A stretch of DNA of 63,848 bases, the filler included, from Hyphochytrium catenoides (taxonomy: Eukaryota; Protista; Hyphochytriomycota), in the NCBI GenBank assembly GCA_900088475.1. It is 12 parts of 12 records of this genome, joined end to end, with 100 filler letters (N's around TTAATTAATTAA, not from the genome) between each part and the next. Parts side by side here need not be neighbours in the genome. Positions count along the whole stretch, not along the records: positions 1 to 18,152 come from FLMG01002697.1; 11 more parts are not named here. One strand, 5' to 3'. The translations under genes and the position numbers were made by a program. Under the pieces are notes generated by a model. It did not search any database. It was not told the DNA's origin and saw only the letters and a program-made list of their open reading frames with translations. This document shows, one piece after another, positions 1-17,229 of the stretch (position 1 is its first letter; the number at the start of each line of letters is the position of its first letter).

Positions 1-44
1 CCCCCCCCCCCCAATGGCGTGCTTCTCTTTCCATTGCCACTTAC

Positions 45-686
45 CGAAGCTTCCTCTCATCCTCTTTGATGGGTCCCCGCTCTGATATCCAATCATATAG
101 AACAAGAAGCCCAAGGACCGCAAGACACCAGCCGCAGCAGCAATCTCAGGGCGAAAGATACTAAGATGACATAATGCATGGGGGAGCGAGAGTGGAGATA
201 TTAGTGGACGAAAGAAAGTGCAAATCAGGCGAAATCCTATTGACTTACGAGCCTGCAAGTAGCAAAAAGATATGCTGAGGGATATTCTCTAATACATTCT
301 GGTGCGCTCTTTGGTAGCAGTTAAAGGCTTTGTGATTCTTGTTGGAGGCCTCAGCGTACATCTAAGCGAGCATACACAGCGAAGTGGAATTAGTGAGAGT
401 AGTTCGTTATAACCTTAATGACAGAGGGAAGGGGAATACATAGAACCAACCGCAGCAGAGAGTATCACAAGAACGATGAATGCCCAACTGTAGAGGTAAT
501 ATGAGTCCATCAGGAAGAAGATAAGCTCTTTATGCTACATGGGTCCAGTCTTACCGTGGGATAGGGCACATCGTACTTCTTTCTAGCCTTGCCCACTCCA
601 ATTGCTCCGTAGGCGGCAACCACAAAGGTGAAGATGCCGCTGAGAACAACAAGGCCATGCCCAGGTTGTAAAAGTACGAGAGACAT
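45..686 (-). CDS. MGST3: Microsomal glutathione S-transferase 3 (MAPEG family); exons 686-555, 361-249, 160-45; last exon lies outside the window
   Basis: Manual splicing at canonical GTAAG/AG sites gives MSLVLLQPGHGLVVLSGIFTFVVAAYGAIGVGKARKKYDVPYPT-MYAEASNKNHKAFNCYQRAHQNVLENIPQHIFLLLAG-SIFRPEIAAAAGVLRSLGFLFYMIGYQSGDPSKRMRGSF. It carries the MGST3 signatures ARKKYxVxYP, FNCxQRAHQNxLE and GYxxGxPxKR. Confidence 0.93.
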
Positions 687-1923
687 ACTAGAAGGAAGGT
701 CAAAAGGTTACGCTCACTACCTGGGCCCGGAAAGACTAACTTTGCAATGTGTAGTACCAAGGAAGATGGGAAATGAGCTAGGGACAGAGGTCCAAGGGAA
801 AGAAGGACTCAAGAAGCGGTTTGACGCCGAGGAGCATCTCAGTCATCAAGAACCTTCCGATGATGATCAGGCCGTAGACCTGCAGGTAGAACCACCACCG
901 CAAAAGCCATTGGATCAACGCAGCGCCACCCTTCCACTTCGTGCTTTCGCCATCTCCAGCGTCAAGCAAGCTGCTAGGCAGATCCATCATCATCTCTCAA
1001 GGTGATGAGGTTCTATGGATGAAGGAAGAACAGGATCGAAGGTGAGCTGAAGCTTGGAGACATCACTTTTGGATCTCATCCGTGAGCAAGGAGGTAAATC
1101 TAAGAGTAACCTCTCATCTATAAAACTCTATGATATATAAGGATACGGTTAAGGATCAGGTAAGGATGGCGAAGAAGGAGGGTCCTACCTCCTCTCCTTT
1201 GTCGTCACCAACGCCACTTGTCAAGCACTTGAACCTTCACCAGGAACACAACAACCCTTCAATCCGCTATTTTACAGTTCCGAATAAGGGATAAACTCAT
1301 GGGAGTCGTCCTTGTGTTGGCTTTATAAATCGAAACTGTCATTTTGCGTCTTGAAAGGACCCTTTCTTCAAAGCGCTATAACGATCTAGAATTGGAGATC
1401 TCCCAAATTAGACGGTTTGGCACCGCACGTCAGAATCCACATCGGTCCCCCAAGAGAATCAGATGTTGATTCTCCCAGAGTCTTCAGTCTTTTACTCTAG
1501 CACTCTGTCTCGCTCTCATTCTGTCTGTCTCCTCCTCTCTGTCTCTTCTCTGATGGTTAGTATCCTAGCCCTACTACATTAACAGGTCTGTCTCTATCAT
1601 GCTCTCTGTCTCTCACAATAACTTTTTTCCGGAGCTCGTTTCTCTTGCCTGCCTCCAATGAACTTCATGAGTCTCTGAGCTTCATAAAGCTTCAAGAGTC
1701 AGGACGCAGACCTGTGACAGAGAGAGTGTGAGACTCTCTAGATCATAACGAAGAGGAAATAGCGAAGCAACGAGGCCTGGCGAAGCACTAGGGTTAGGCC
1801 AGTGGCCATGCCTGCTGTCAAAGGCAGCATTTCCTCTGATATGCGTGCACTCAAGCGGTGATGATCTGCGTAAGCTCCTTCGGAAGGTGAGGTAGTTGCG
1901 AGTTCGCTGGCTGGCGGCAAAAG

Positions 1924-7478
<5,555 letters not shown>

Positions 7479-9357
7479 GATTCTAAGGGGTTCTTCCCAT
7501 GCCGTCGCTGGGAAATCGGAACCTGCCCACCTTCAGTTGTCTCATGACATTGTAAATAGAAACTTCTTTCTCTGCTATAGACTTACGGAAGCTAGAGCTG
7601 AAGAACGCAGTCTTCCTTTCGTCTACGACGTCTCGATTTGTTAGACTTCCGTGAAAAGGTTTGAAAGCTTTACTGGCACGATGAGATGAGAAGGACGAGC
7701 ACATGTGCGGGCGTCACACTCGCCGACATGGAGGAGCCCGTCTGCTGTGCCAAGCGTTGATGGTTGCCTATACCTTTAGATCATGTTACCTTTCAAGGTG
7801 CTACTGATGCTGATAAGGTAAAGAAGAAAGAGGCATGAGAGTAGAAGGTCATGGAGGGATAGGGAGAGAATAAGTAAGAAGAGGGATAGAAGAGGAAGAG
7901 AAGATAAGAAGAGAGCGCAAAAAGGAAGATAAGATAAGAAGAGAGAAGCAAGACCTATATCTCTATTTTTGCAAGGACAACAATCAACAGACTTTGAGAC
8001 AAATTAGTCGTCTGACCTTGGTCTGACATAATGGAGGCAACGGACAAGAAGGGGAGGACTCCTTTCTGCTATACCCGTCGCCTAGAGAGGCAACCAACTG
8101 AAGAGTAGACTGTGGTTGCACTATCTTCCTTACCCATTTCAGAGGTATAGCCTAGCACGAGAATGAAGAGTCATCCTCTCTCATCATCTCAAGGCCGAAA
8201 CCTGTGCATCATCATCACGAAGACCTTTCTTACCCTTTCCCATCAGAAGGAGGGGAAGGCAGGACATTGGACCGAACAACATAGATCAAATAGAGATGTT
8301 GAAGGAGGAACAGTCCCACTAACGTTCTTAGCAAAGCCTGCTATTGCGTCATAGCGGACGAGGGCGATAAGCTTGTGTGTGAAGTGATAAGAGAGAAGTA
8401 TCGCAGGGATGACCCAGAAGCTGAAGATGTTCAGGGAAGAACCAAAAGGGCAGCAGCAGCCAGGACTGGCTATCGTGACAAGGGATGCGCTACAGAGAAC
8501 TTGGCATGACCACAATCCTTCCACAGCTCGTCACAGGCTTCGTCCTCTGCTGAAGACATTCGTCGTAGTAGAAAAAGTGGGCGCTGCTGGCCTAAGCAGG
8601 TTGAGAGGTGGAAAAGCGCTAAGCGGCGCGGCCCTGCCGGTACTCCTTGTGTCTTCCTCTCCCCATCCAACAACATTTGTTCCCAGCTGCTCCTTAGAAG
8701 TCGTTCTCCTCTTGATTGTCGTCTTCTCTCCCCTCACAAGCTGCATCTTGGACTCATACTCAGTCACTTACTTCCTGCCATCCTGTGACGCCTTTCCAGT
8801 ATAGGCTGGTGCGCAGGCAATCGGCCCACACACGACAGGAGTACTCTCCGCTGGTTTCTTTGCTGGACTCCATGAGTAGAGCGATGACATCACAAAGAAA
8901 CTGGCAGAGCTCAAGTCAGAATATTTTCAGTCGACTTACGATTAGTCGCATGCGGTTCAATGGGTAGGTCAGCCCAACGCCCCTCTGAACTGATAATAAA
9001 GTCATTCCGGCGCTTCTCATGGGGACTACACGCCATTGTGGATGGCATTGCCTGGGCTACTACTAGTGATGTTATGTGCTGGGCGGACCAAGGGAAGAGC
9101 CACGATGTATTTACTACTCCGCCATTGCAACGCTAGAAGAGCTGAAGTTATCCCGTTCATGAAATGGTGTCCTCCAAAGGGTGCGGGGCTGTTCCTCCTT
9201 GTCAATAATAACGTTGATTGAAGCTACTACGCCATATCCCTTATGTCTTCGCTAAACCGAGCTCTTGAACGGCTGGCGAGCCTATAGGTAAGGTGTCAGA
9301 CCATCAGGCACTGTCCCGCAGATTTAAGGAAGGCGGTGCCCAGTCTGCGGACAACTC

Positions 9358-12300
9358 TCATAGCAGGTGGGGCCGACCTCTCTTCTTTTCGTTACTTCGA
9401 ACCAAGAAGCATGATGAGTTCTCCATCATTAGGGATAGAGCTGGTAGGTGCTTGTGCTTGGGCTGAATAAAGCTAGGATTATTTGGTCCATTGTTCGAAA
9501 GTGATGCTGTGATCACTTCATCTGAGTCCAAGTAGGTCCGAACTCCTGCAAGGAGCACATCGGGAAAGAACCACGTACTGGTAGCACCTTCAAGTGACGA
9601 CGGTGAAGATATCTCTCCAAGCTCCGGGTCCAAGGGTATGACGTGCTCTGCAGGGATGTTTTTGATGGCACTGAGGTACTGACCGGAAACCCAAGCGTAG
9701 CCTTCAGAGATACGAGCCAGCTTGAAGGGCAGGATTGTCACCAGGGTTCCACCTCTCAGCTGTCCAGAGCGAAAGGACTTCTTCGCTGTCCTATCTTGAA
9801 TCAGATCTAAAGCTCCAACAAAGAAGGAGTAAGCCACAGGGTGTCCGTGACCCCCCTTTGTTTTGAATAAGAAGGCTATAGGATCCCCGCAGTCAGCATG
9901 TGGGCAAGAAGACCCCTCCTCTTCTTGCTGAATAGTAAGATCCAGTCCTGCAGGCACGTCTTGAGGCACGTTTCCAAACTCTGTGTAGCCTCGGACCCTT
10001 CGTAGGCGGTCAGTAGACAGAGCTTTGTGGAAGCTCTCCTCCAGCATGAGCCGTACCGCGGTTTGCTTCTTAACGTTCACACCTTCAACTGAAACAAAAG
10101 GATCAATTCCTGCAGCCGTTGAGTTATGGGATGCATCAAGTAGCGCCTCGTCAACCTCCAGTCGCTCCTCATCCTCCTCGTCGGCAGGATGATTGAGAGC
10201 TGATTGATATCGCTATCATTTGGGCGAGTTCCTACCGAAGAGGAATTAGCCTCTGTCGCACCGGCTCTAGAAACCTCTACCTCCTTTTGATCATCCAAAC
10301 CTTGAGCTTCTTCTTCACTAAAGCCATCCTCTTCACCACTGCTGACTCCCACAGGCGCGCCAAAGGGCCTTAGCAGACTAACTCCTTCTTTCTCAGCTGT
10401 GTCCCACAAGCCGTCTATCATTTCATCGAGGTTTGCTTTTCTGAAAGCCAGGTCACAACGGTCACGTCCAAAGTCCCACATCTGCCGTACATCCGCTGAG
10501 GATGCGCTCACCTCTCCTTTCCAAGACCTGGGGTTTAGATGACCAATGCCATCCTCAAAAGCAACCTTGAGATGCTTGTGTCCACGGTCTAAATCTGGGT
10601 ACTTTTGAAAAATGCGCAGCAGCTGGGCGGCACTTGCTAGATTGGATCGCAGCTGAAGAATGTCCATGTTGGGTGCGTGGTTGGTGGTACGAGCCATGCT
10701 GAAGAGTACCTCTTCCAAGTCCGTGCCCAGAAGGAAAAAGTGAATAGGCAAGCTAGGGTTAACAGCTTGAGCTTTTAGTACAAAGCTAAAAAAGGCTCTA
10801 ACCAGAACCTGCAAGTCGTAGTATAGCTGCCCAGGAAGAAAACTCGTCTTGTTCCAGCGCCAGCAGACAAACATGATGTGGGCTGCTGTAGACATTTCAG
10901 CCAGTTGTTCCGCCAACGTCATCGTGACGTCTATCAGTGGCCTTAGTAGCGCGCTTACCAGACGACTCAAAATCGTGAAGGACGGCAGCATGGCTTTTAG
11001 CGAGAGAGCATTATGTCCCGGCGGTGTCCTAGAAGTGTTAAGAGACTCGTTGAGCTCCGCCAATGAGGAAGTGGAATGACCAGCAACCATTGCAAAGAGC
11101 TGAGTGCAGATCTTGACGTTCATTTTGTCATTCACGTCTAATAGGGACCTAAGCTTTGACGGACTGTGTCCGAGCGCCACTAACAGTCCAGTCAGTCTAA
11201 ACTTGTCAAATGAAGCACCACTAATTCTGACTCCGACAGAAGAGCACAGTCTCGTCCGCAATCTCTTCAGATCATTCTTCGGATCAGTACCGAACTCGGT
11301 CAAATTGCCATCACCATAAGCAAGATCTAGGAGATTGAGACGGCGAAGAACCTTGTAGACGCCAGCCATGGGCTCAGACTCTGGAACGGCTGCACGCTCA
11401 TCTAGACTTCGTCCATTAGCGTCTATGATGCTAAAGTTTGAGTGCCTTCGTCGGGAGTCCCCATTTGTAAAGTCGCCAGCATAGACTGCTCTCCTACCTT
11501 TCAGCTTGGCGACCATCACTTTAACAATGGTCTCCGTAACTTTCCTGTGAAAGGCCGCATCATTCGCTTTGCAGGAAGGGAATATGAGTACGGGTCTGGC
11601 TGCATAGTTATGGCCGTCCATTATAGATATGGAGACCACTGTCGCTTCCACAGCTTGATGATGGCGCCCACTTCTGAGAGCGTTCGTGAAAGTGTTAAGA
11701 TCGTATTGGGTGCGGAGTTCCCTGCAAATACCGTCCCCATGCTCCGTACAGGCACCCCAAATCGCGTTGTCTGCTGGATCATATCTGAACCGCTGCCAGA
11801 ATTGTAAGATGAACAGTAAGCTGCCCTCAGTAATATCATCGTGGCTGTGAAGAGGAAAGAATTACCTTTGCCAACGCAATCTCATCCCTCATGGTGAATA
11901 TAAGCACGTTAGCAAGATTCAGGCTCTTGTCAAGAACGAGGTCCAGATTGTATGCCAAGTCCGCGTCTAGACGCTCCAAGCTCTGCGTTGCCCTAAGGTC
12001 CATCTTGGCCCCTAGCTGGTAAAGCCACGACAGCTGAGGCAAACCGCACATTCGTGCTAAAAGATGGACCATCATAGGAGCACCAATCCTTAGCACCAGC
12101 ATCCCCAAATCAACGTCCTTCTGGTCGAATCCCTTGGCCTTGTATCTATACTCCGCAGCCTTGCCTAATTTCTCCACAATATAGCCTATGCTGCGCCCTT
12201 CCCGTAACGCCCCGGCAACAACATGTCTCAGCCTTGGGACGTCATTGCTTGAGATAGCTAGTACCATCTTTTTGTAGATATTGAGCTTCTTAGCCTGACG

Positions 12301-13305
12301 CAAGTTATTCCTTCTCGCAGTCAGCAGTCTTAGTCTCTTCGTCGCGGCTTCAACTGCTAGCTTGTCCTTGCGCTCCTTCAACTGAGCATACGTCCGATAG
12401 TTGTCCGCTAGATTTGGATGCTCCTCATTTGCGCGCCTCTCAAGGTTCACGACAGTGCGCAGATATTTCAAACCGGAACAGGGTTTACAGGATAGTGCCG
12501 GAGAAGCCACAATCTTTTTGCAGTCACTTGCTAAGATGGCATCCTCAGTGAATTTGAAAGATCGTTGGTTAGGCGGCAGGGCGAAGGGAAGGTTAAGGTG
12601 CACCGGCTCAGGCACTTGCGGTTTGTATCCATTGCAGTAAGAGAACGCTCCATGCCGAATGCCGTCTTCAATTCTTGTCCTAATAGCCTCGAGAAGGCAT
12701 GGCGCCACTGCAATAGGTTGAGACAGAGACGGCGAAGATCTGGTGGGTCGAAGCTCAAGCGATGCAAGTTCTGGCCCGTTACTAGTGTTGTCAGGATGAA
12801 CTTCCTCTGCGGCAGACAATACTTCATCAGCATCCGCGCCGTCGCTGTCGGAGCCGATAATCGTTGCACCACCGCCCTTCTCCAAAGCTTCTCCTCCACC
12901 ATCACCTCGGCACCTTAGCTCTTCTCGACTATGCTTTGGCTTCTTCGCGAAAAAGCGGCCTATCTTGGGAACAGAGGCCATCATCACACGACGGTTTCTT
13001 TCCATGACGGCGGTCTTATCTTCACATGTTTTCATGTGTCGATCTCTGTTGGCAACATTGTCATAAGGCCCGAATTCCCTCTTACAGTGAGGACAAGGAT
13101 CCAAGGCAGGTCTCTGCTTCCACTTCTTGCCTGAACAACCTACAGCGCCTTCCACGATGAGAATGGCGGAAAGAAGATCAACAACAATGAAAGAGGCAAC
13201 AACAACGAGGAAGGTAGTGGTGCAGTGCTCCTTGCCAGCGGTAGAAGAAAAGGTCGGGGCCGATAGAACTTGGTAGTATCGACCTATCATCAGAAAGGAA
13301 ATCAA
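9358..13305 (-). mobile_element. P-element-like (DDE, DxxH-type) transposase gene, intron-containing, probably catalytically impaired
   Basis: Three long collinear minus-strand ORFs, with a phase-0 73-nt intron (11865-11793) joining the first two. Motifs in order: CPHC..H..C zinc knuckle, coiled coil, GLPxLSWL, RDEIAL, TNGDSRRR, DPKNDLKRLR, DKMNV, GTDLEEVLF..R, STDRLRRVRGY. These parallel P/THAP9 motifs (DEM, DG, DxxHxxK, DKMxV, DxLExxF). No TIR or TSD located, and the start codon is uncertain. Confidence 0.72.
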
Positions 13306-13401
13306 ACTCGATTTTTGTGCTCAACAAGACGAGACTGGAACTCTCGAAATCTGCTTGCTGCTTTCCTTTTATTAGCGCGCCATTCTAAAAACGAAGGGCT
13401 A

Positions 13402-13580
13402 AAATTCACTTCTACAGTGGGGAAAAGTTGCGAATCTGGGGGGCCTCTAGGAATATTAACTATGGGGTTTCGGATGAGAAAACTCAAAAGGGTTGGGAGG
13501 TCTGGGGCTCCGACAACTCCATAGATAATATTCCTAAAAGGCCAGATTCGCATCTTTTCCCTACAAGTAGGAATGAATTT
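13402..13580. repeat. Imperfect inverted repeat (fold-back), ~73-bp arms, 34-nt loop
   Basis: 13402-13474 is the diverged reverse complement of 13509-13580. The mirrored ORFs MRIWPFRNIIYGV (-) and MRIWGASRNINYGV (+) in the track reflect this. Confidence 0.92.
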
Positions 13581-13801
13581 CCTGATAAGTTAGCTCTTCG
13601 CCCTTATAAATTAACTGAAGAAATGGCCTAACCTTACCACAGGCTCCTAAATATNNNNNNNNCTTTGGCAGACTACAATAATAACCCCTTGGAGTCCTCT
13701 CTGCATCACAGCCTCACCATCACCAGAAAGAAGCATGCTATCATCCCAGATCCATTTTTTTTTATTTGTTAGAGAAAAAATGTGCCTTTGAGACTGGATA
13801 A

Positions 13802-15075
13802 CTACTAAGAAGATGAAGGATGAAAGAAGAAGAAGAAGGAGGAGGAAGAAAAAAGAAAAAGAGAAGGAAGAAGAAGAAGAAGAAGAAGGAAAGGAGGAAG
13901 GAGAAGAAGAAGAAGAAAAAAGAGGAAGAAGAAAAGAAACAAGGAAAGTTATGACGCCTTGGTCTCGTCCTCCTCAACCTGATCTCTTCCCATCATCAGT
14001 AAAGGAAGAACCATAATTGATCTCGTCCGTGATAATAAGGGGAGAAGCAGGAGGAGGAGGTGAACCATCGACCACAATGTCATCATCATCAACTTCAAAC
14101 GTCGCGAGGCAAGCAAGAGAAGGGTCCAACTGCTCAAGAGGAATACGCTTCAAGATCTGAAGCGCATTTTCCTCATAAATCGCCATAAAGTTCCTCGCTT
14201 TTTTAGCGAGCAATGATTAAGGAGTGACTAGTAGACTACTGTTTAGAAAAGAAGATATGAAAAATGTACCGCGAACAAGAAGAACAAGAGCGAAAACTAC
14301 TAGTAGGCCAGAAAAAAGGAAAAGAGGAAGAAAGCGGCTCCATCATCACCCGACCACCAAGGGCGGCGGCCGGGGAGGTTGTTGGGTAGGAAGCGAGAGC
14401 TGCGGGGACACTGAGGAGGACGCGGAGAGATCATCTTCCTCACCAATAATGCGGGAGAGGAAAAGTTCTTGATTCTCCCCTTGAACATCAATAGGATGAC
14501 GAACAGGAGCCGGGGCGGTCGTAGGTTGAGAAGAAGAAAGAGGAAAAGAAAGAAAGGGAGAAGAAGAAGAAAGCGGAGAAGAGTGGAAAGCAGCAAGAAA
14601 AGGCGTAGAAGGGTCAACCGGGAAACAATCATTCGGGCTGCCTCCTCGCGCAGAGCCAACAAGGAAACTTGCCTGATCAAGCGGTGCCGAAGGAAGCGTA
14701 CATCGCGTTCAGCTGCGACCGTTCGATCCGCTTGGGCCGCACAGATGGTGTTGATAAAGCCCGACGAACACATCGAATTTCCCCTCTTTATTTTTTTTAT
14801 TATTGATCTACTAAAATCTACTAAGAAGAAGAAAAAGATGAAGAAAGAAGAAGAAGAAAAGGAGGGAGGAGAAGAAGAAGAAGAAAAAAGAGGAAGAAGA
14901 AGAAGAAGAAACAAGGAAAGCTATAACCCCTTGGTCTCGTCCTCCTCAACCTGATCTCCTCCACACTTATCATCAGTGAAAAAAGAATCATAATTGATCT
15001 CTATCAGTAATAACAAGGGGAGAAGGAGGAGGAGGGGGAGGTGAACCATCAACCACAATGTCGTCATGAGCAACC
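13802..15075. repeat. Diverged direct repeat pair (~260-290 bp; 13802-14095 and 14818-15075) containing (GAA)n tracts
   Basis: Shared blocks CCTTGGTCTCGTCCTCCTCAACCTGATCTC, CATAATTGATCTC and GGTGAACCATC.ACCACAATGTC. Confidence 0.88.
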
Positions 15076-15285
15076 TGGAAAAAAATAATAAAAGAACAAA
15101 TCAGACCTGGATGATCTGAATATTTAGTTATCAAGATTCACAAGAAAAAGATATTTTCAATGTCAGCTATAAGCCCGTTAGCGGCTTGCGCACGAGGAGC
15201 AGGACAGCGGTTACAGTGAGAGATCAAAGCTTTTCATTGGAACAGGAACAGTTACAGAGAGGGCAGGAGGATAGACAACCGAGAG

Positions 15286-15363
15286 CAAGACAGAGAGACA
15301 GAGAGAGAGAAAGCGAGAGAGAGAGCGAGAGGGAGAGAGAGAGAGCAAAAGAGAAAAAGAGAG

Positions 15364-15402
<39 letters not shown>

Positions 15403-15438
15403 GAGAGAGAGCAAAAGAGAAAAAGAGAGAGCGAGAGC

Positions 15439-15485
<47 letters not shown>

Positions 15486-15830
15486 GAAGAGGAAGAGAAG
15501 AGAACCATGATGAAGTGCAATGAGTCGAGGAAAAAGTGAGAGGGAGGAGGAAAGGGACAGGAGGAGAGAAGAGAGAGGAAAATCAGAGAGAAAATAGAGA
15601 GAAGAGAGACACACAGAGAGACGAGAGAAAGTAGAGAGAGAAGTGCAAAGCAGGTGAACCTAAGAGAAACTTGAGGAGAGAGCAAGAAGGGGAAAAAGAA
15701 AAGAGGACGAAGTTTAAGAAAGAGCAAGAGCAAGCGAGCAAGAGCGAGAAAGGAGGAAAACGAACAACAAGAGAGAGAAGGAGACCAAATGACGGCGAGA
15801 GAGAGACAGAGAGACAGACAGACAGAATGA
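15286..15830. repeat. (GA)n microsatellite-rich tract
   Basis: Long interrupted GA dinucleotide runs. Similar tracts occur at ~18437-18540, 29100-29170, 30350-30890, 31094-31320, 35156-35210 and 59410-59523. Confidence 0.95.
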
Positions 15831-16115
15831 GGGGAGAGGCTTTCATAAGCTCCTTCCTCGTGTTGACTGAGGCTCAAGAGTGAGAGCGGGGAGGAGAGCA
15901 ACAAAGCCACAGGAGGAGCGCCTCAGCAGGTCCCAATCACCCTGACACTGTCCTCTCTTTCTCCTCTTCCCCTTTTCTGTCGTAGGTAAACTCTTGATTC
16001 CCTCCTTCCTCCTCTCTCTTCCCTTGTCTCTCTCCCTTTCTCCCTCTTTCTCTCTCTCCTCTCTCTCTCTCTCCTTCTTTCTTTCCTCTCTTCCTCTGGC
16101 TGCGATGGGCTTTCA

Positions 16116-17196
16116 ATGAAGACACATACTAGCCGCCGAGTCCCGTTGGAAGATGCTTCTGATGGTCACATAGCGCCGTTCACTCTCGTCCACCCTCCGC
16201 TCAGGCTGGCTGGGAACTCATGGAGAGGAGAGAGCGCACCACGAAGAGAGAGACAATGCAATCAAGAGTCGGCGACGAGGCTCTTTCTCTCCTCTAAACC
16301 ACCAAGTTCCCATTCTTCCCTGCAAGTGAATGGCAAGATGACCCAGGAAGAGCTTCGTCCCGCCATTCCTGCCGATGGCACTCCTTCGTCTAAGATAAAG
16401 ATAGGAACAAACACCCAGGAGAGAGAGGGAAAGGGAACAAAGGAGGGAGAGAGAGCGGAAGAGAGAGACAAGCCTCTTCTTCTCATTGTAGACGTGGTTA
16501 TCGCAGAGGGACGAACAGCTCCTCTTTTTATTCATGAAGGAGATGATCCTATAGCTTTGGCTCAGCAGTTTGTGGGGCAGCATGGCATCAGAAAGGGCAT
16601 GGTCGGGCCCATTGCACGGCACATTCTTTCTCAACTAGAGCTTCTCCCATCGGTCTCTCTCTCTGAAGCAAAACAGGAGAGAAAGAGAAGCGAAGAAGAG
16701 ACAAGAACAGGGAAAGGGAGGTCTGCTGTGGAGAAAGAATGGCAAGAGCGGAGAGACAACAGGAGAGAGACGGAGACAAAAGAGGTAGTTCCATACAAGG
16801 AGAGAGAGGGCCTGGTCTCAAAAGAGAGAGAGAGAGATGGGACGGAAAGTAAGAGATGGGAAAAAAATCTGCCACGGAATGGAGAAGGTCCCGCGGTCTC
16901 TCTTCGAGAAAAAGAGGAACAGAGAGAGGAGAGATTAAGGGACCACGCTAAAGCTACAAGAGAGAGTCTCTTTCCTCGGGGAGAGCTTCTGATTGCTTTA
17001 GAAGCTCATGGAGCCTTTCAAAGCTTCTTTGCTGTTCTCAGCGAGGAATTGTCTCTTGAGCTCTTTGAGAGCGAGGAGAGAGCAGAAACAGATGAGGAAC
17101 CCGCCTTCAGGCTGCAGATAGAATCAGGTCGTCTCCTTTTTCTTCTCCAAGTGAAGGCTGCGTTTTCGTTTTTAGAGTCTCTCTCCCTCTCCCTCC

Positions 17197-17229
<33 letters not shown>

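Noticed and set aside
628-1005. 125-aa plus-strand ORF
   Set aside because: Antisense to MGST3 exon 1 and its upstream region; no recognisable motif.
8163-9357. Short ORFs downstream of the transposase, examined for a C-terminal zinc finger or 3' TIR
   Set aside because: No consistent frame, motif or match to the upstream hairpin found by eye.
15186-15910. RE-rich and SL-rich ORFs (also around 18.4, 29-32, 34.5-35.5 and 59.4 kb)
   Set aside because: Translations of (GA/CT)n microsatellites, which lack stop codons.
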